From Chromera velia (taxonomy: Eukaryota), in contig JAHBMJ010000076.1 in NCBI GenBank assembly GCA_018398765.1, positions 1 through 58,519 on the forward strand: DNA of 58,519 nt, in the 5' to 3' direction. A program made the position numbers and the translations under genes. The stretch's first letter is position 1. Each line of letters opens with the position of its first letter. Positions 23,136 to 38,241 of the stretch are shown in pieces. Below the pieces are notes generated by a model. It had not been told where the DNA came from and searched no databases. It was given only the letters and a program-made list of their open reading frames with translations.

Positions 23136-24817
23136 TAGCTTCTTCTGCGTATATCCAGGCTGTAGCCTAGGCTCTGTACGCTTAATTCATACTGTAAACT
23201 TCCTAGATCTTCCTAGTAAACTTTTTTTTAAAAAAGAACTTACACGGTGAATATTCAAATGAAAGATGTAGTGTCTTCCCGTTACTTTGGAGGGAGCGGC
23301 AAGACAGACAGAGAGCTAGGCTCAGAGACAAGGCCTAGGCAGAGAGATGGATCTACAAACTTAAGAAGCTTTATAGCTCAGTCTAAAATTCTTAATCAGC
23401 TAAGAAATTCTAAAAGGAATAGGATATCAGACACATGAATTAAGATGCGTTATATTCAAGTTAGGTGAGATCTCTCAGAGTCAGCATCATATCAGAATAA
23501 GTGTTTTTGAAATTTATACATTTTTTGAGATACTGGGCATATCATATTAAAACTAGTATGAATTAAAATTATACACATTGTAAAATCTGTTTGTAAACGT
23601 TTTTAAAGACTTTTACTAAACAGTTTAACGTATTCACTAGCACATCAACTACAGCGTATGCTGAAATTGAATTGAGTGCACGCGTCCTATGTAGTTGTTT
23701 TAATAGTCTTTAGTAGCTAGTAAGTTTAGCCTATAGAGAGCAGAGGGTTGTGATGGTTTATACTCATACGGAAGCGGCAGGCTAAGCTGTGGCGGCGCCT
23801 GCTTCTTTTATCTGTAATTGCATGCATAGGTTATCATTTATCTCTGGTTTTAGAGACTTTAGGCTAACTCACAGTTAAGTAAGTAAAGTATACAATATGA
23901 AGTTGGGGCTGTTTCAAGCCTGTTTGACAGGGAGTCAGAAGACTAACTCACACTATAAAAATTTACTGTATAAAAAAGAATTAAAAAAATCTTCTAACAT
24001 GCTAAAAAAATTATTTCAAAGATAATAAAATAAAAAAAAAGTTTCAGGGTGTATAAAAACACATATAATTTAATCTCTTTGTTTAATGGGTATATATCAG
24101 TTGGATCTAGAGTTGGATTTAGTTTCAGACGGCGTCTCGGTTGCTTAAGACTCGCTTTTTTTGTGTGCTCTAATAGACAATTGCTGACAGTGTCTCTGGC
24201 ATTAATGTTACGTCATTAAGCGCCTTCATCCCGGCCGTTCGTATCACAGTATATCCCCCACTCTGACATTTAGTGACTACGGTTTGACTTCGTTTCCCGT
24301 CAAATTGATTGTATTCAATACCTGTGCCGCTGTGCGTCAAGTTTGATAAGGATCATGATACAGAATGGTTTCTTTCTGAGGCTGGCTTCACGTCGTCGCA
24401 GGATTACCTCTTCTCTTCTATTTCATTTTGTCCTTGTCAACTATTGTCAACGCACCGTCTGTAGACATGGATAGACATGCAGAGAGATATGAGCATCCAC
24501 AAAAGGCCAATATGCATGACATGTTCCCTGTGCGTCCAACCAAACATGCCCAGAAAAGAACGAAGCGCGTACCGTTTCCCCGGGCCCCCCTTTATCAGCG
24601 CAAACAACATCAGATTGTGAGTCTTTTTGCATATACATGCCTGAATTTCATGTGTGCGTGTGCTGGTACAAAAAAGCTTCAAGTTGCGTGTTATCCGCTG
24701 CTTGACTGTCTGAATGACCGACCGTGCGATAGACCTACTGAAATGCCTGGGATGACGGAATGACTGACTGACGATCTGGTTCATCGAGTAGACTTTGAAT
24801 GCAAAAGAAACAAAAAT

Positions 24818-26925
24818 TCAGTGACAAGACGAGCTGACCTGAAAAGAGACTGTGTGGTCGAGGACGGTTCCTACAAACTCCCCCCTGCTGTCCCCCCGGA
24901 GCCAATCAGCAAAATCCCCTGTGGAGTCCTCTGACAGAGATACTTTGGCGAAACCCTGAGCTTCTTGGCCGCCCTCTTTCCTCGCGTTGCAGGATATGAC
25001 ATCCAGCCTCGTTGCCACAAGCCAGTCCCGAACTGCCGACTCGGCCGCCCGTAGATTGGGGAAGTTGGAGGTCCATCCAAACTGCATTGAAGTCAGCAAT
25101 ATAAATTACTTGCGGGAATCTTGCCGGAGCCTAGCTGTCCAGATCTCCAGTCGACCGACAGACAAAAGTTGTGCGTGCACGCAAAAGCCAAAGAGTATGT
25201 TCATCAAATTGCTTCCACACACATGAAGCGTGTAGGAAGCCAAAACAGCAGAAGGGTGCAAAACACTGGTGGCAGTGAGCTTACAACGGGACGAAAGGAC
25301 TTTCACAAAAAGGAGACACTGATTCAAAAACACCAGAGCGATCATGGCAATGCTGCACCCACTTGATTGTTTCATACAACTGTGAGCGAAAGGAGAACAA
25401 AGGAGACATGCTCGAGCTGAAAGACTGGCTTATGAGATATTGTGAGGAGCAGGGGGTCAACAGAGAAATACATTTCAACTGTTTTGCAAGTTTTTCGCAG
25501 GAGAACAAGAGAGGTGCATTTCTGAGCCTTCCAAGAACACCACGCGCCTGCGGATCGAGACAGAACATTTCATGCAATTAATAAGAGAATGCTTAGCCAC
25601 AGACCGTGAATGCGTACAGGTTCCCTGGAGCCTCCACTGCCGTCAGCCGTTTCTCAGACTCAGTCTGCAGACACACAGCAAAGAAAGATGGAGGGGGGAA
25701 TCCACAAAACAGTATCCTGACTGCTGACCTTCTGTTAGTTCTCCTGTCGGCATCCAGCCCAAGCATGGCCATTCCCCTGTGAATGAAGCTGAATAAGGAA
25801 TTTGTATGAAGGGCATGCATGTCATATCCACCCATCAGGAGGCACGTGATTGGGCAACAAAGAAATAAGTTTTTTCTTCGAGAAAAAGCCCAAAGAGGCA
25901 CAACCGAAAGCAGATCAGGGCGGCGTCTGGCTGACTGTGGCCCAAAAGAAAGAAAAGGGGTCGGGGAAAATCAAGCAAGCAGAGCATGTGTTATCACCGA
26001 AAAATCCACGAAGGAAAAAAAGAGAAGGCAACAGGAATATCCATTCATGTGCATGTCTGTGAGTTGACCCTGCTGCACCCTTCCGTGTGTTCCTCAGACC
26101 GCGCGCGCGACAATGCGGCGTCAGCAAGCCTGGTCCGATACAATCGTGTGGACACTTCCGGAGTGCATTCATGCCCCCCCTTGAGGTGCGTGCCCCACCC
26201 ATGCATTCCCTTTCTTACCCAGTGACTTTCTTGCGCCCGCCTTTCTGAAGCCTCAGAGGCCTCATCGGAAGGCGGGCTTCTTGCAAAAGTCACAATCATG
26301 AATTTGCAAAAAAACGTTCATCACGATGCAGAGATTAAGAAACCCACCTTTGCATAATCATCCGTCACGGTGTTGTTTCGACCGAGGACAAAGCCAGCCG
26401 CCCGCATTCTCTGCAGGGAAAAGGGGGGGCGAACAAGACGGAGAAAGTAAATGTGAACAGATATAGGTTGACAGATTGGCAAAACGTGACAAATACAGCA
26501 AAAGAAAAATTGTTGCTGCCCATGTCGCGGGAAAACAGACGCCAGCATTCAGCCGTCTTCAAGTGAGATCAACAAAAGATGCATGCACGTATCACAACTC
26601 TACTCAGGCCCCAATAAGGCATGGGTTTGCAGCTCCTCTCTGCAGATCTGGGAAAGGAGAAGTGGGTGCACGTAAGTTTTTGATTGAGTGCGTAGTCCCA
26701 CAGCTGATGACCTCATGTGTGTGCATGACAGCATTCCAGTATTGTCTGAACTCTGTTATCTTCTCATTCCTCTCTACTAATTTCCCTCTGGCGCCAGCGT
26801 CTCAAAACTTCATTTGACTTACTCCTTCTCTCCGCCTTCACTGGCGTGCTCGTTTGCAAAGCTGTTCCCTCGTCAGTTTTCCCTCTGCTGTTGTTGGCAC
26901 GTCCTCCATCTCGTCCCTGCCATAT
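24818..26925 (-). CDS. Probable multi-exon hypothetical gene; one exon is weakly RRM-like
   Basis: Exon-like blocks are bounded by cag| and |gt (about 26825-26920 and 26350-26410). 24818-25099 has FGWTSNFP...QGFAKV, resembling RNP2/RNP1. Boundaries are uncertain. Confidence 0.3.
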
Positions 26926-27288
26926 GCACCGTGAGCGGGTGAAGGTACAGACACGTGGAAGACGACATGCATGGGATGAAACAACGTGTGTCTTCTGGAA
27001 GGACTGCGTTTGGGCTAAAGCCCCACTAAAGTTCGCACAAAGATAAACTCATAAATAGAGATCCCTAAATAGCGAAAGAAAGAGAGAAACACGGAGAGAC
27101 AGAGAAGCGGAAGGGATGTCGCTTAGGGCCGTAGTACACGCGAGCTGGGATGTGCGTGCGAACCACTCGAGAACAGGACGAAAACAAAGAGACAGACGAG
27201 CCGGAAAAAAAAACCGCAGTAAGACGACAAGGGAGAAAACAGAGGGTCTACCACGGAAGCATTCATTTGCATGCAAATATGCCAAGCG

Positions 27289-27930
<642 letters not shown>

Positions 27931-28455
27931 CACGGGGACTTACGCTCGAATGAAATGCACGTTTCAAACGGGACTCCAAGAGAACATCCGGCAGTGATAA
28001 CTCCCCACAGACCCTTCTAAATCCATGCAGTTGGTCGGTTGAGGATTCGTCCATGTTTCCCACAAATGCAGGAGTGCCGCGTTGCTTTGTGCCTTTGTTG
28101 CAGCTCTCCGGATCGCCAGTCTTCCCGCTTTGTCTGGGATTACAGCTGGCTCACCAGGTGTGTTGCACCACCTGTTGAAGTCCAAAAGGCCCTCCTCCAA
28201 CCTGCAAGCAGATGCAAGATGCGTGCATATGTGTATCAAGACATAAGGCCGTCAAAATTGAAACCGTCATATCATCAAACAGAAAAACGTGTTTATCTCG
28301 GAAAGAGCACACCTTCATCCAGGAAGAGACGGAGATGCCTATATCGACAGACCTTTGTTGTCTTTGTGCGAATCATTTGTACATGTCGGGGACTCTGTGG
28401 AACCCTTTTTCGATCTCAACGGCCCATGCACCCAGCAGACCGTTTGCCTGTGCCA

Positions 28456-30066
28456 TCAGAGGTTGGAATCTCTTTGCGCCTTCACTTCTTGCCAGTTCGC
28501 GGAGCCATTTGAACGCGGGAAAGTTGAATTTCTGAAGGTGCCTCCGGAACGAGAGCCAAGAGTCACCGTTGACTGCGATCTGTACAAACCGAGAAATTGA
28601 GTCTCGCCTTGCAACGGGGGGGGAGGGGGGGGGGGAAAGTCTGTCTCTGCGGTGACTCCGTAAGAATGGAAGTGGATCGCAACTTCGATTTCATATATTC
28701 GGATCCATCTGGCTTCTTCTGCTGTAAAGCCTTGCGACTCTGGCTCGGGCGCGTTCCAACGGACCGGAGGTTCATGGTCAATGGAGAGATAACGCAGCAG
28801 CTCCCACGCCCCAGCATCTTCTGCCTTCTTACAAAGGTCGTGGTCGTAAATGTGTGGATATGCGTCAACGCAGGTCAGCAGCGACGCAAACTGCTTACCA
28901 GCGATCGCGGCGTCTAGGGTGTCTGGACCCACACGGGCCGCACGGACTGTGACGTCTCCTTCTTCCACAGGCGGGGGTGGATCAATTAACCACCGGAGAG
29001 TCTGTTGATCCCCAATCAACGCGCTTGCCTCTGCGGGGTGGCACGAAGTTTTCCCCCTTGAACGTCCTTCACACACTGCCTGATGGAAGTGCGCTATCTC
29101 CCATCCGTGCGGGCCAAAATTCCCGACAGCCTCTCTCTCTCCCCACGTCCACAGCTCACATGCAACCTCAGAATGCCCTCCTTGGATCGCGGCAGTCACA
29201 GCCGCGCACACCACCTCCTCCCATGGAAGGTCTGGAGGACAACGTGAGAGCCTGCCAAGCTGCTTAACCCCTTCGGTGTCCCCGCGAAATGCGTAGAGCA
29301 GGACTCGGGACAGCCATGGGTGGCTGTGCAGTGTGACAAGGGGGGGAAACTGTCCAGGACTGCCTAAGACCAAGGTGTCCTGCAGTCGTTTTGGGAGCTG
29401 TGCAAATTTGGACACCTCAGTCTCACTTTGTCCCAACCCAAACCTGACTGAGATTTTGGCCGCCAGCTGCAGGACTGAATACTTTGTGAATGACAGGGTG
29501 TTCAAGCCCCCCGCAAGAAGAGTCTCCCATACCAGCTCGGGGATCAGAGTTTGAATGAGGGGTCTTCGCACCCGACCGCCCATCATGACGATCAAGTTTT
29601 CAAATTCCGCAATTATCCCTGCTCTTGCAAACCCTCTCAGGAGTGCCTGCAGACTCGCATGCTGTGCTACTTTGCTCTGACCCCACTCACGACTTTTCAA
29701 GCACGAATGTGGGAGCATGAATGGGTCTCGTGCAACAATGTGACTGATGACTTCTACTTCCCCCCTCACAGCGAAGCCCTCCAGAACCCTTTCGGTGGAA
29801 AAAAGGGGAATCTGGGAAGCCCATCCTATCATCGTTGCACTTGCTGGAGTGCAACAAAGTCTCTGTACATCAGTAGAAGTCTGTTCAAAGTGCGAGTGGA
29901 CGAGGTTATCCGTGATGGCGCTGTTGATGCTACGGCTGATGAGGCGCAACGGCAGAGCAACATCGGCCCCCAGGACCTTCAAGAGCTGAACCAAGACGGG
30001 CACTTCTTCGAAAGGAAAGAAGGCCGGAAGAAGGTACCGCCTCGGTAAATGGTTCTGAGCGCTCAT
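28456..30066 (-). CDS. Long-exon protein with an F-box-like N-terminus and degenerate ankyrin-like repeats
   Basis: Uninterrupted ORF over 530 aa. VLVQLLKVLGADVALPLRLISRSI is F-box-like. AAIQGGHSEVACELW, ALIGDQQTLRWL and CKKAEDAGAWELLRYL...PVRW are ankyrin-like. The 3' end may splice to an exon near 27964-28200. Confidence 0.55.
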   Translation of the reverse strand: MSAQNHLPRRYLLPAFFPFEEVPVLVQLLKVLGADVALPLRLISRSINSAITDNLVHSHFEQTSTDVQRLCCTPASATMIGWASQIPLFSTERVLEGFAVRGEVEVISHIVARDPFMLPHSCLKSREWGQSKVAQHASLQALLRGFARAGIIAEFENLIVMMGGRVRRPLIQTLIPELVWETLLAGGLNTLSFTKYSVLQLAAKISVRFGLGQSETEVSKFAQLPKRLQDTLVLGSPGQFPPLVTLHSHPWLSRVLLYAFRGDTEGVKQLGRLSRCPPDLPWEEVVCAAVTAAIQGGHSEVACELWTWGEREAVGNFGPHGWEIAHFHQAVCEGRSRGKTSCHPAEASALIGDQQTLRWLIDPPPPVEEGDVTVRAARVGPDTLDAAIAGKQFASLLTCVDAYPHIYDHDLCKKAEDAGAWELLRYLSIDHEPPVRWNAPEPESQGFTAEEARWIRIYEIEVAIHFHSYGVTAETDFPPPPPPPLQGETQFLGLYRSQSTVTLGSRSGGTFRNSTFPRSNGSANWQEVKAQRDSNL

Positions 30067-31873
30067 GGACAATCGGGGAATTAGACGTAAATCCAAATGG
30101 ACTTGAATTTGTCTTGTTTGTTCGCAAGGTTGCAGACGATTCTCCCTGCATGCAGCGCGGAGAGTGATGGAGAATGCCTTCACTCAACCTTTGCGGGGAG
30201 GTGATCCTGAGCCTAACCCTGTTGTGTTGGGTGGGTGACGGCGGCTTTTCTGCTCTTTTGTAAAAAGAGTCTCTCCGTTTTGGATTTTTGGATTGCTTCT
30301 CGGGCAGATGAGGGGGGGAGTCCTGGAGTGTGTGCGGTTTGCTGTTTCAGAAGGAGAGACGAGGTGCACCTTGAGCAGTGTTGACCGCTGCCGCCTTCCT
30401 GAGACCCCGCAGGTCGTTGCTCCAAAGCTTGTTGCTCACGTTGGCGGGGCCTAGACCCGGGGCGTTGTGGGCAGGCAGGAACCTGTCTGTCTTCAGGGTG
30501 TGCAACGGTGCGGTCGACTAGCCGCCACCAGGAGTGTGTTGCTTTCCCTGTGCGCGACCGCAAATGAAAGTCAGTCTCCTCCTCCAGGCACGTGCAATTT
30601 GCCGCCACGTCTGCTCAATGCACCTGTCAGCACAGCATGATGAGAGGGTTCGACTGTCACAGATTGTTTGTAGAAGACAGTCGTCGTACGTATAAATATG
30701 AAGTTAAGTCGCGATATCATGCATGCATGCATTAATTGAAAATTATGAGAATATATAGAAAAAAATGAATTTAACATTCGCTCGAAGTGTGCGCGCGATA
30801 TCGAACAGAGCGCGCGCCATCGATCGATACGCATGATCGATGATCGATGCATGATCGCGAAAAGGTGCAATTCACCGCAACAGGACGATACTGGACGTAA
30901 TACGACGTAACTAGACGTCGAGCTGATCGACCTAGCTCAGTGATGATTGATCTTTATAAGGAATTCACGTGTTAGAACAGAGTTCGGGGAGGAGAGGATG
31001 AGCGAATGCGCCTCTCCTTGAATAAGTCAATGTGGATCGATCAGTTTCTCCTACACGGTGCATACACAGTTTGTAGTGTTACAAATTTGCATAGCTTATA
31101 GCGCGCTGAGCCCAGGCTGAAATCCCTGGGACCGCGGCCGTGAAAGGCCGGCGTCAATCGACCCCGGACGTAATCTCCAATAATCTTCAATATACATCCA
31201 GAACATTGCACACAATTTGAGATAATTTGAGTCAACGTTCTGTCACACAGACAGTGACAGATTCATACTAAACTAATTAAAGACGTTCAATGTTATTCAA
31301 TGAACAGTTTTTATTCCATTATTTACCATTATCGGCATGATAGTCAATTTATTTAAATAATATACAAAGACAGAAACAGACTGACAATGTCATGCATCGA
31401 CCTGCATTCATATAAGGAAGGAGATAGGAAAGAGACAAGTACATAGGCAGACAGATACAGGCAGACAAACCAAAAGGAACTCACACATTACCCAGCAGGT
31501 CGGTACCGACTTTACATATGCAGGCATGCAAGGAACGATAGACAAACATGCATAAAAAAATGATTTATTAATTCATTTTCCATTCATTCACTATCATTCA
31601 TTCAGTTACATCCAGCTATCTTGTTGAATCAAAGTCAAATCTTTACTACACAACGCACAGTGATAAAAAAAAAATTGGATTTAAGGTCTATATATATATA
31701 TTCTTTTTTTTTATTATTATTGTTTTGTTTTTTTAAATGTTTGTTTAAGCCTAAACACGCAAAAAACTTATGACTTCCTTATCTTTTATGCGACAGGATG
31801 GCCCTGAATGATCGAGAAGCAAAAAAAAAAATGAACGCTAGCCTGCATGATTTACGGTATTTGATTGATCTTT

Positions 31874-34800
31874 TCATAAAAATTTGTGTGTCTCCGCCGC
31901 TTCCTCTCCGTTTTGCACATGATTGTGCGTCTCCTCCTCATCGCTTCGAAAGTAGTGGTCGTCTTGCATCATCATCGAGGGGAGCAGGTGCATCGACGAG
32001 AGACCGAATGTAATGGTGGAAGCGTAACCGACCTGCATGCGCCGAATAAGAGAATTGAGCAGGGAAAAAAGAAGAAATCTGAAGCAGAGTAATAAAGTTC
32101 AGACCAACTCTGCAGCGTGGCATCCTAGCAACAACAATGTTTCCCTGCCTGCCTCTCGTGAGAAGTACCCATCTAGCTGTAGATGTGGATAACAATGGCG
32201 AGTTACAGTCATAGTCACCAGAGAGAAGAAACGCATGATGTCAGGGGCTGCCGACCATCTTCCTCTAGAGCACTGGCCGAGATCTCTCTCTTAAAGTCGC
32301 AAACAAAACAGAGGCCTATCGACGAAGAGTCCTCTAGAGTGCCGCATACGGTGCATATCGATTGAGACGGAAAAGTGCAGAGCAGAGGGCACTGCCTCTC
32401 AGTACTGAGCCAACTGACTGACTGACTGACTGACTGACTGACTGACTGACTGACCGACCACGATCCACAGCATGAAAATGCTGGCAGAGAGGATGTGGAC
32501 GACAAAACTTCTGCTCGGTCGGAGAAGCTGCAAGTAGAAAGAAGAGGAGAGACAAGCGCAGACACCAGTCATTTGAAGCGTTCCGTGGCAAGACTCGGCG
32601 AGAGAAGCAAAGAGAAAAGACGACCGTGAGGAAAAGAACAACAGAATTTAAGGTTGCATGCTTGCGACAGCCAACGCAATTCAATACAACTAAATTCCCA
32701 TACGTATACAAGCTCATCTGAAGACAGCGAAACTTGCCAGTTTGCAATGAGATCTTTTCACATGCATTTCTTCTTTCTCTTCTAAACACAGAGTGAGTGC
32801 AGCGACAATTTCTCTTTCCACCACCTCCCCAGACGAGCAGGCCGACAATGAAAGAATGGAAGCAGGCAGGCACGGTGACAGGCTGGCGCACCTTGAGGTA
32901 GACGAGGAAAGGGAAGAGCATCATGAGCGTTGTTGCGAAGAGGCCACTGATCAGGTTGATGGAAGCCGCCAGCTGCAAGGACGCACTCGTTCGATCGGTA
33001 AGAATTTTCAAAAGTCAGAAAGCAAAACGTCAGCCTGCTTTGCATGAAGCGAAGACAGAAAGAGGCAAAGACGAATTCACGAAAAAGGAAAAAAATCGAG
33101 TCAGAAAAGAAAGGGACAAGGGGACCGGCAGACCTTGTCGACTCCCAGAGAGATGCCGAACGGGGCACCCACAGAGACGGAGACGGTCAGAACGTGAAAG
33201 TGCCATGAGTCAAAGAGCGCTGCAGAGCCAAATGCAAAGCAAAGCGAGAGCAGACGATCACTTGCACCATAAAACACGACGCAAAGCGGTTTCTCTCAGA
33301 TCCTCTCCACACGAGCGGAAATCCATCCCATCAAGGCGAACACCCACTCAGTTCTCAGAGACAGAAGGGCCAATCCATCTATCTATCCATCCTTCCCTGC
33401 ACTGTCAGTCCTCCTACCACCTATGGACCCCTTGTATGCCGTATTCCTCCATTTATCTTTTCACACATCGATCCCTACCCCTCCCCCCGCGCCTCTTTAC
33501 AAAAATCAATCCCTACCCACCCGCGAAATCCGACGCTGTGCTTGAGGCGTCCGATGCCCTGGGAGCTTGTTGTCTGCTCACAAATTCCCCCGAGGTTCCG
33601 TCCTCCATCCCCCCAGTCACCAGAAGAGACCCGACTTGAGAATGTGAATTCAACCCCGCACCCTCACCTCCCTCCCCCCACTGTGCTCCCGTGCCCCCTG
33701 TGACTTGAGCTGCTCTTTCCAGCTCAATTCGCCGTAGAGAATTCGCGTGTTGCTGCAGAAACAAGAAGTCAAAAACGCAATGCGGCATCGAGCTGCGCGT
33801 CTGGCGGAGACACCTCGCAGATGAGGACAGAGGCTCAAGAAAGTATATACCTCCAGGAAGGAGTACATCTCCCATCTAACATACTAATAGAAAAACCGAC
33901 AGACAGAAACATAGAGACAGCAGATGCACTTAACTAATTATGCTCATGATGGACCCTCCCTGCATGCATTGCCTAGCTGCCGGAAGAACGAAGCAGGATG
34001 AAGAGCGAGCGTGAATTCAGAGGAGCTCATGAATGACATTCTAACTAATCTCTCGATCGTCTTCCGCCTTGAAACGCATGCATACGTACATGGGTACGCG
34101 AAACCAAACAAAATCGTACCTGGAGAAGAGAATGCGAGAGCGGCCGTCTGATCGTCTGGGATCTCTCCAACAGAGGAGGCCCCAGCTCATCCGGAGGAAC
34201 CCCATCAGGCCCTGCAGGAGGGGGTACGATTTCCTCTCCACTGGTAGCAGAAACTCTGAGGGTCTGTAAGCTTTCTGCATTGCCTTCCGTTTCATCCCCC
34301 TCTTTCAGGGCCTGTCCTAGTAGAAAGGGGGTCTGCAGCCCCTCTGCAGCCATACCGTTCTGGGTGGTCCCTGCGGATTTGTGGGTCCTGCTCGTTGACT
34401 GCCCCGCCGCCGGACCCGAGGCCTTGGTCCGCTCCCCCGCCTCGTGTCTGTCCATCGACGCCGCCTCTCTGGCCAGCATGATTCTCGAGTGGGCTGTATG
34501 GGTCATCAAGAAAACGTCCTGAGGTGCCGAGGCAAAACTCTCTCCCTGGACCTGGAGGGAGTCGTCGTCTCCGGTTAGGCGCACCTGCATGTTACCACTA
34601 ACTCACTCACTCATGCACTCATCGACTAGCTGACTCAGTCAATCAGTCTATCATCACATTTTTATTGCGCTGCATGTGCTCGACAAGGAGAGATTTCCAG
34701 CTCTCTGGTAAAAAGAAGACAGGGTGCGAGTGCACATGCACGGACACGGTGCACCCAGGAACACAGGGCGCAAGGAAGGAAGATGGGATCGGGGCGGCAG

Positions 34801-36078
34801 TCGAGATGAGGATGATGGAAAAGGGAGGGGGACCAAACGGACTCCAAAAGAGAGAGATGACAAATGAGGGAGGATTGAAGCGCAGTTGGGTTGGGGTCAT
34901 TCAACATCCCCTTTCTGCTGTCTGAGTACAACAACAAAACGACTGCCTGCCTGCCTGCCTGACCTCATCGTCTGCGAGAGGGACACCGGCAATTCTTCGG
35001 AGGAAGTGTTTGATGGACTTGGCGGTTGCGATTGCGTTGAGGGGGATGGCGATGATCAGGCCGAGGGAGAGAAGGACTCGGCAAGAAATCATGGCAGGGT
35101 CCTGAGGAAAACAAAATGGAAAACGCGACAATGAGCAACAGACGCATCACTACGAACATTAATTTATTGTTTGGTCTGTCAGATGGCAGGCAGGTTCTCT
35201 GAGTGAAGTGATGCGTTTCAAAAGTCCCGAGAGAGTGACCCTGGACACTGCTGTAATGGAAAAATAAACACAGAGGGTGGACTTATGACTCCCATCCATC
35301 AGCTCTCTCTGCCTAAGTTGCCCCCCGTTTTCCCCTTTTTTTTCTGTCATTCTCAAATGCCGGCTTGAAGAAACGAAGATTGACAGGCTGGCAGATCCTG
35401 TGAGCAGTGAAGCTGCATGTGACGATTTCGTTTTCAAAGTCTGCTCGATTTCCTACTCATTCACTGTTTTTCTTCTGATTTTCACTCACTCTCTCACTGA
35501 CGTTTGCAGGGAAGTTTTGAGTGAGGTTCTGCTCGGTACCGCTCCTGAAGGAGAAATACCCGAGGACCGTCACAGGAAGATAGAGGACGGTCTCCATTGC
35601 TAGAGCAATAAACGCAGTCTGCGAGAGAGGGAGCACAGGTAAAAAAAAGTTAACCAGAGGGTTCCTACCTTCACGCGCGCACGCGCACACATACATACAC
35701 AGACCAAATACGCATCGCTGTGTGTCCTTGATTCGGTGTCCGAAGCATCAATTTTAAAACAAATGAGAAATTCGACTGAATGAAAATCATGCCCACTATG
35801 GTTTGATTGGCGTCGGGTTCCTGTATCATCTCATTTCAGTCTGGAGAGAAGACAAAATCACAACAGAGAAAGACAGTGAGACATTCAATTGTACACCAGG
35901 AATTAAGAGAGGACTCCGTTTCAGTTTGAAAACAAAAGCTGGGACGGAGTTGTTTGTTTGAAACGCCCGGAGCCACGCACAAAGAGTGGAGCCATGTGCA
36001 TAGAGATGCAGACAGAATCCGACTGCAACGATTGTCCAAACACGGCCCTCTCAATCTCTGTCTCTCTCCCAACACACA

Positions 36079-36114
<36 letters not shown>

Positions 36115-36197
36115 GACAGGCAGGCAGGCAAGCAGACAGACAGACAGACAGACAGACAAAAGACTTACTAATATATCAGACAGACACACAGACACAC

Positions 36198-36289
<92 letters not shown>

Positions 36290-38201
36290 GGCACAGACAG
36301 ACTGACCTGGACCAACTTCCTTTCTGTTGGGGCTTTCATTTCGTCTGCCACGAGACAAACTTGGAGATGCTGCACAAAGAGATGGAAGGAACAAAACAGG
36401 TTTTCTGTTCTGGTCGCTTGAGCTCCGCGCGCGCAGCAAAACACTCGGCCAAGTCAGCTTTCTTTCGCACAAAGTTGTTATTCGCTCCACCTCAATGTGC
36501 GTGTCTGTGTGACCACTCCGGTGCATGCAAGCAGGCAACTTCTACTTGTGGATGCGTCAACCTGTTTGCCGGATTCTTGAGACAGGAACTGTCCCCCAGC
36601 CTCCCAACCACTTATTTCAAGCAAACTCACCTGCATGAAGGCAAAGACGAACAGATTGTTTGCCGTCAGAATATCGAAGGACCAAATTGCTGCGGGAGGC
36701 AAAGGGTCCCCCTCTCCCTGTGCCCTCTGGTGTGCCCACTTGTCGATGCACATGGGAGTCCTGATCAGATCAGATTTTGCAAAGCAGACGGAAATCAGAT
36801 CATGATACAGACAGGAGTTATTGCCAAGATGTCAAGGCCGAATCGAATCACAAAGGAGAAAGCCAGCGTACAGAAGAAGGATTCAAATTGTACTTTAGGC
36901 ACTCAGACCATGCCATTGATTTTCTATCACAACTGAGAAGCTACCATGATATCATCCTCCTGCATGTATATATCCCAGATGTACCAAATGCACACCTGCC
37001 AGCAGAGAGGGTGTGATGTATTTCGTCCTGGTCCGAGCAGGAGAGGGAGGGTACCAAACGAAACAAAATGGATGGGTACATCGCTTCCTGTACCAGGGTT
37101 GTTTGCATCTTTTCTGGCTCCCTTTCAGAGTTCCAGGAGACTTGTCCCGACTATTCTTCTCCAACCTTATTGGTCCCTTCCCCCCTGTCTGTCCTTCAAT
37201 ATTTGACAGAATTGAGAGCTGCAACTAGCTACTTTCTCTCCCTGGCGTGCTCCTCCCTCCCTCCTGACAAACCTGATCATAACCACAACGGCAAGGACGA
37301 AGATGGCCAGGAGAGGCAGAAGGGACCCGTATCTGCATGCAATGAGTGTTACGTGGGTCGAGAGAGAGAAACGACACAGACTGGGAGCCTCCAAAGAAGC
37401 AAGCACATCATCTTCCACCCAAGAATCCCCCTCATGCTTACTCTTCACAGTGGTTCATGAAAGGAAGGAAGGAAGGAAGGAAGGAAGGAACAGACGCAGC
37501 TGGGCACGAGGAAGATCGTGAACAGAAGAGCCACAAAGGGAGGAAGGAAGATAGGAGTGAGTGCAAGAAGAAAGGAAGGGAGAGAGCTCGAACAAGCACA
37601 AGTTCCGGAGGGCAGGGACGTCGATCGCCTCCCCTTGTTTGTTTGTGCCTTCACACACACCAAAGCGAACAACTGTACCACGAGACACGTGAGTGACCCA
37701 CCCCTGCCCTGATTCAAAGAATCTTCTACGACCTCCTACAGAAGACGACCCGGGTCGACCACAAAACGAGGGACATCACGATCATCACGTAACGGAAAGT
37801 CTCCCTGTGATTTCAAGACTGACCTGACGGTGTTTAATTTTCTCGGTAGGGAGAGGGGAAGCGTGATGGCCTGCACAAAAAGAAAAAGAAGTGAATCGTC
37901 GCATAAATCAATGAAAAAGATGTAAGAAGATCCAAATAAATAGACAGATAGATAGTTGGACATTTCGTCGATTGATCGGTTGACAAATATGTGGGCGTTT
38001 TCAAGCGGTGCTTCGTTCAGTCACCCACACACAGAGACTGACGGTACGGCCGTCTTTCTCCTCAAGCTTGGGGGCAGCAGAACAGACGCAAGTCAAAGTT
38101 TCACTTCACAGACGCGATCCAGGAGAAAGAAAAGAATCCGAATACTATGGAGAAACAAATGCTTTCCTCTGCACCGCTCTCTGTCGCGCCCTCGCGCGCG
38201 C

Positions 38202-38241
<40 letters not shown>

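Noticed and set aside
30700..30950. Cluster of short palindromes (GCGCGC, ATCGAT, TGCATGCA) as a defined regulatory element
   Set aside because: These words are common throughout the window, so no specific function can be supported.
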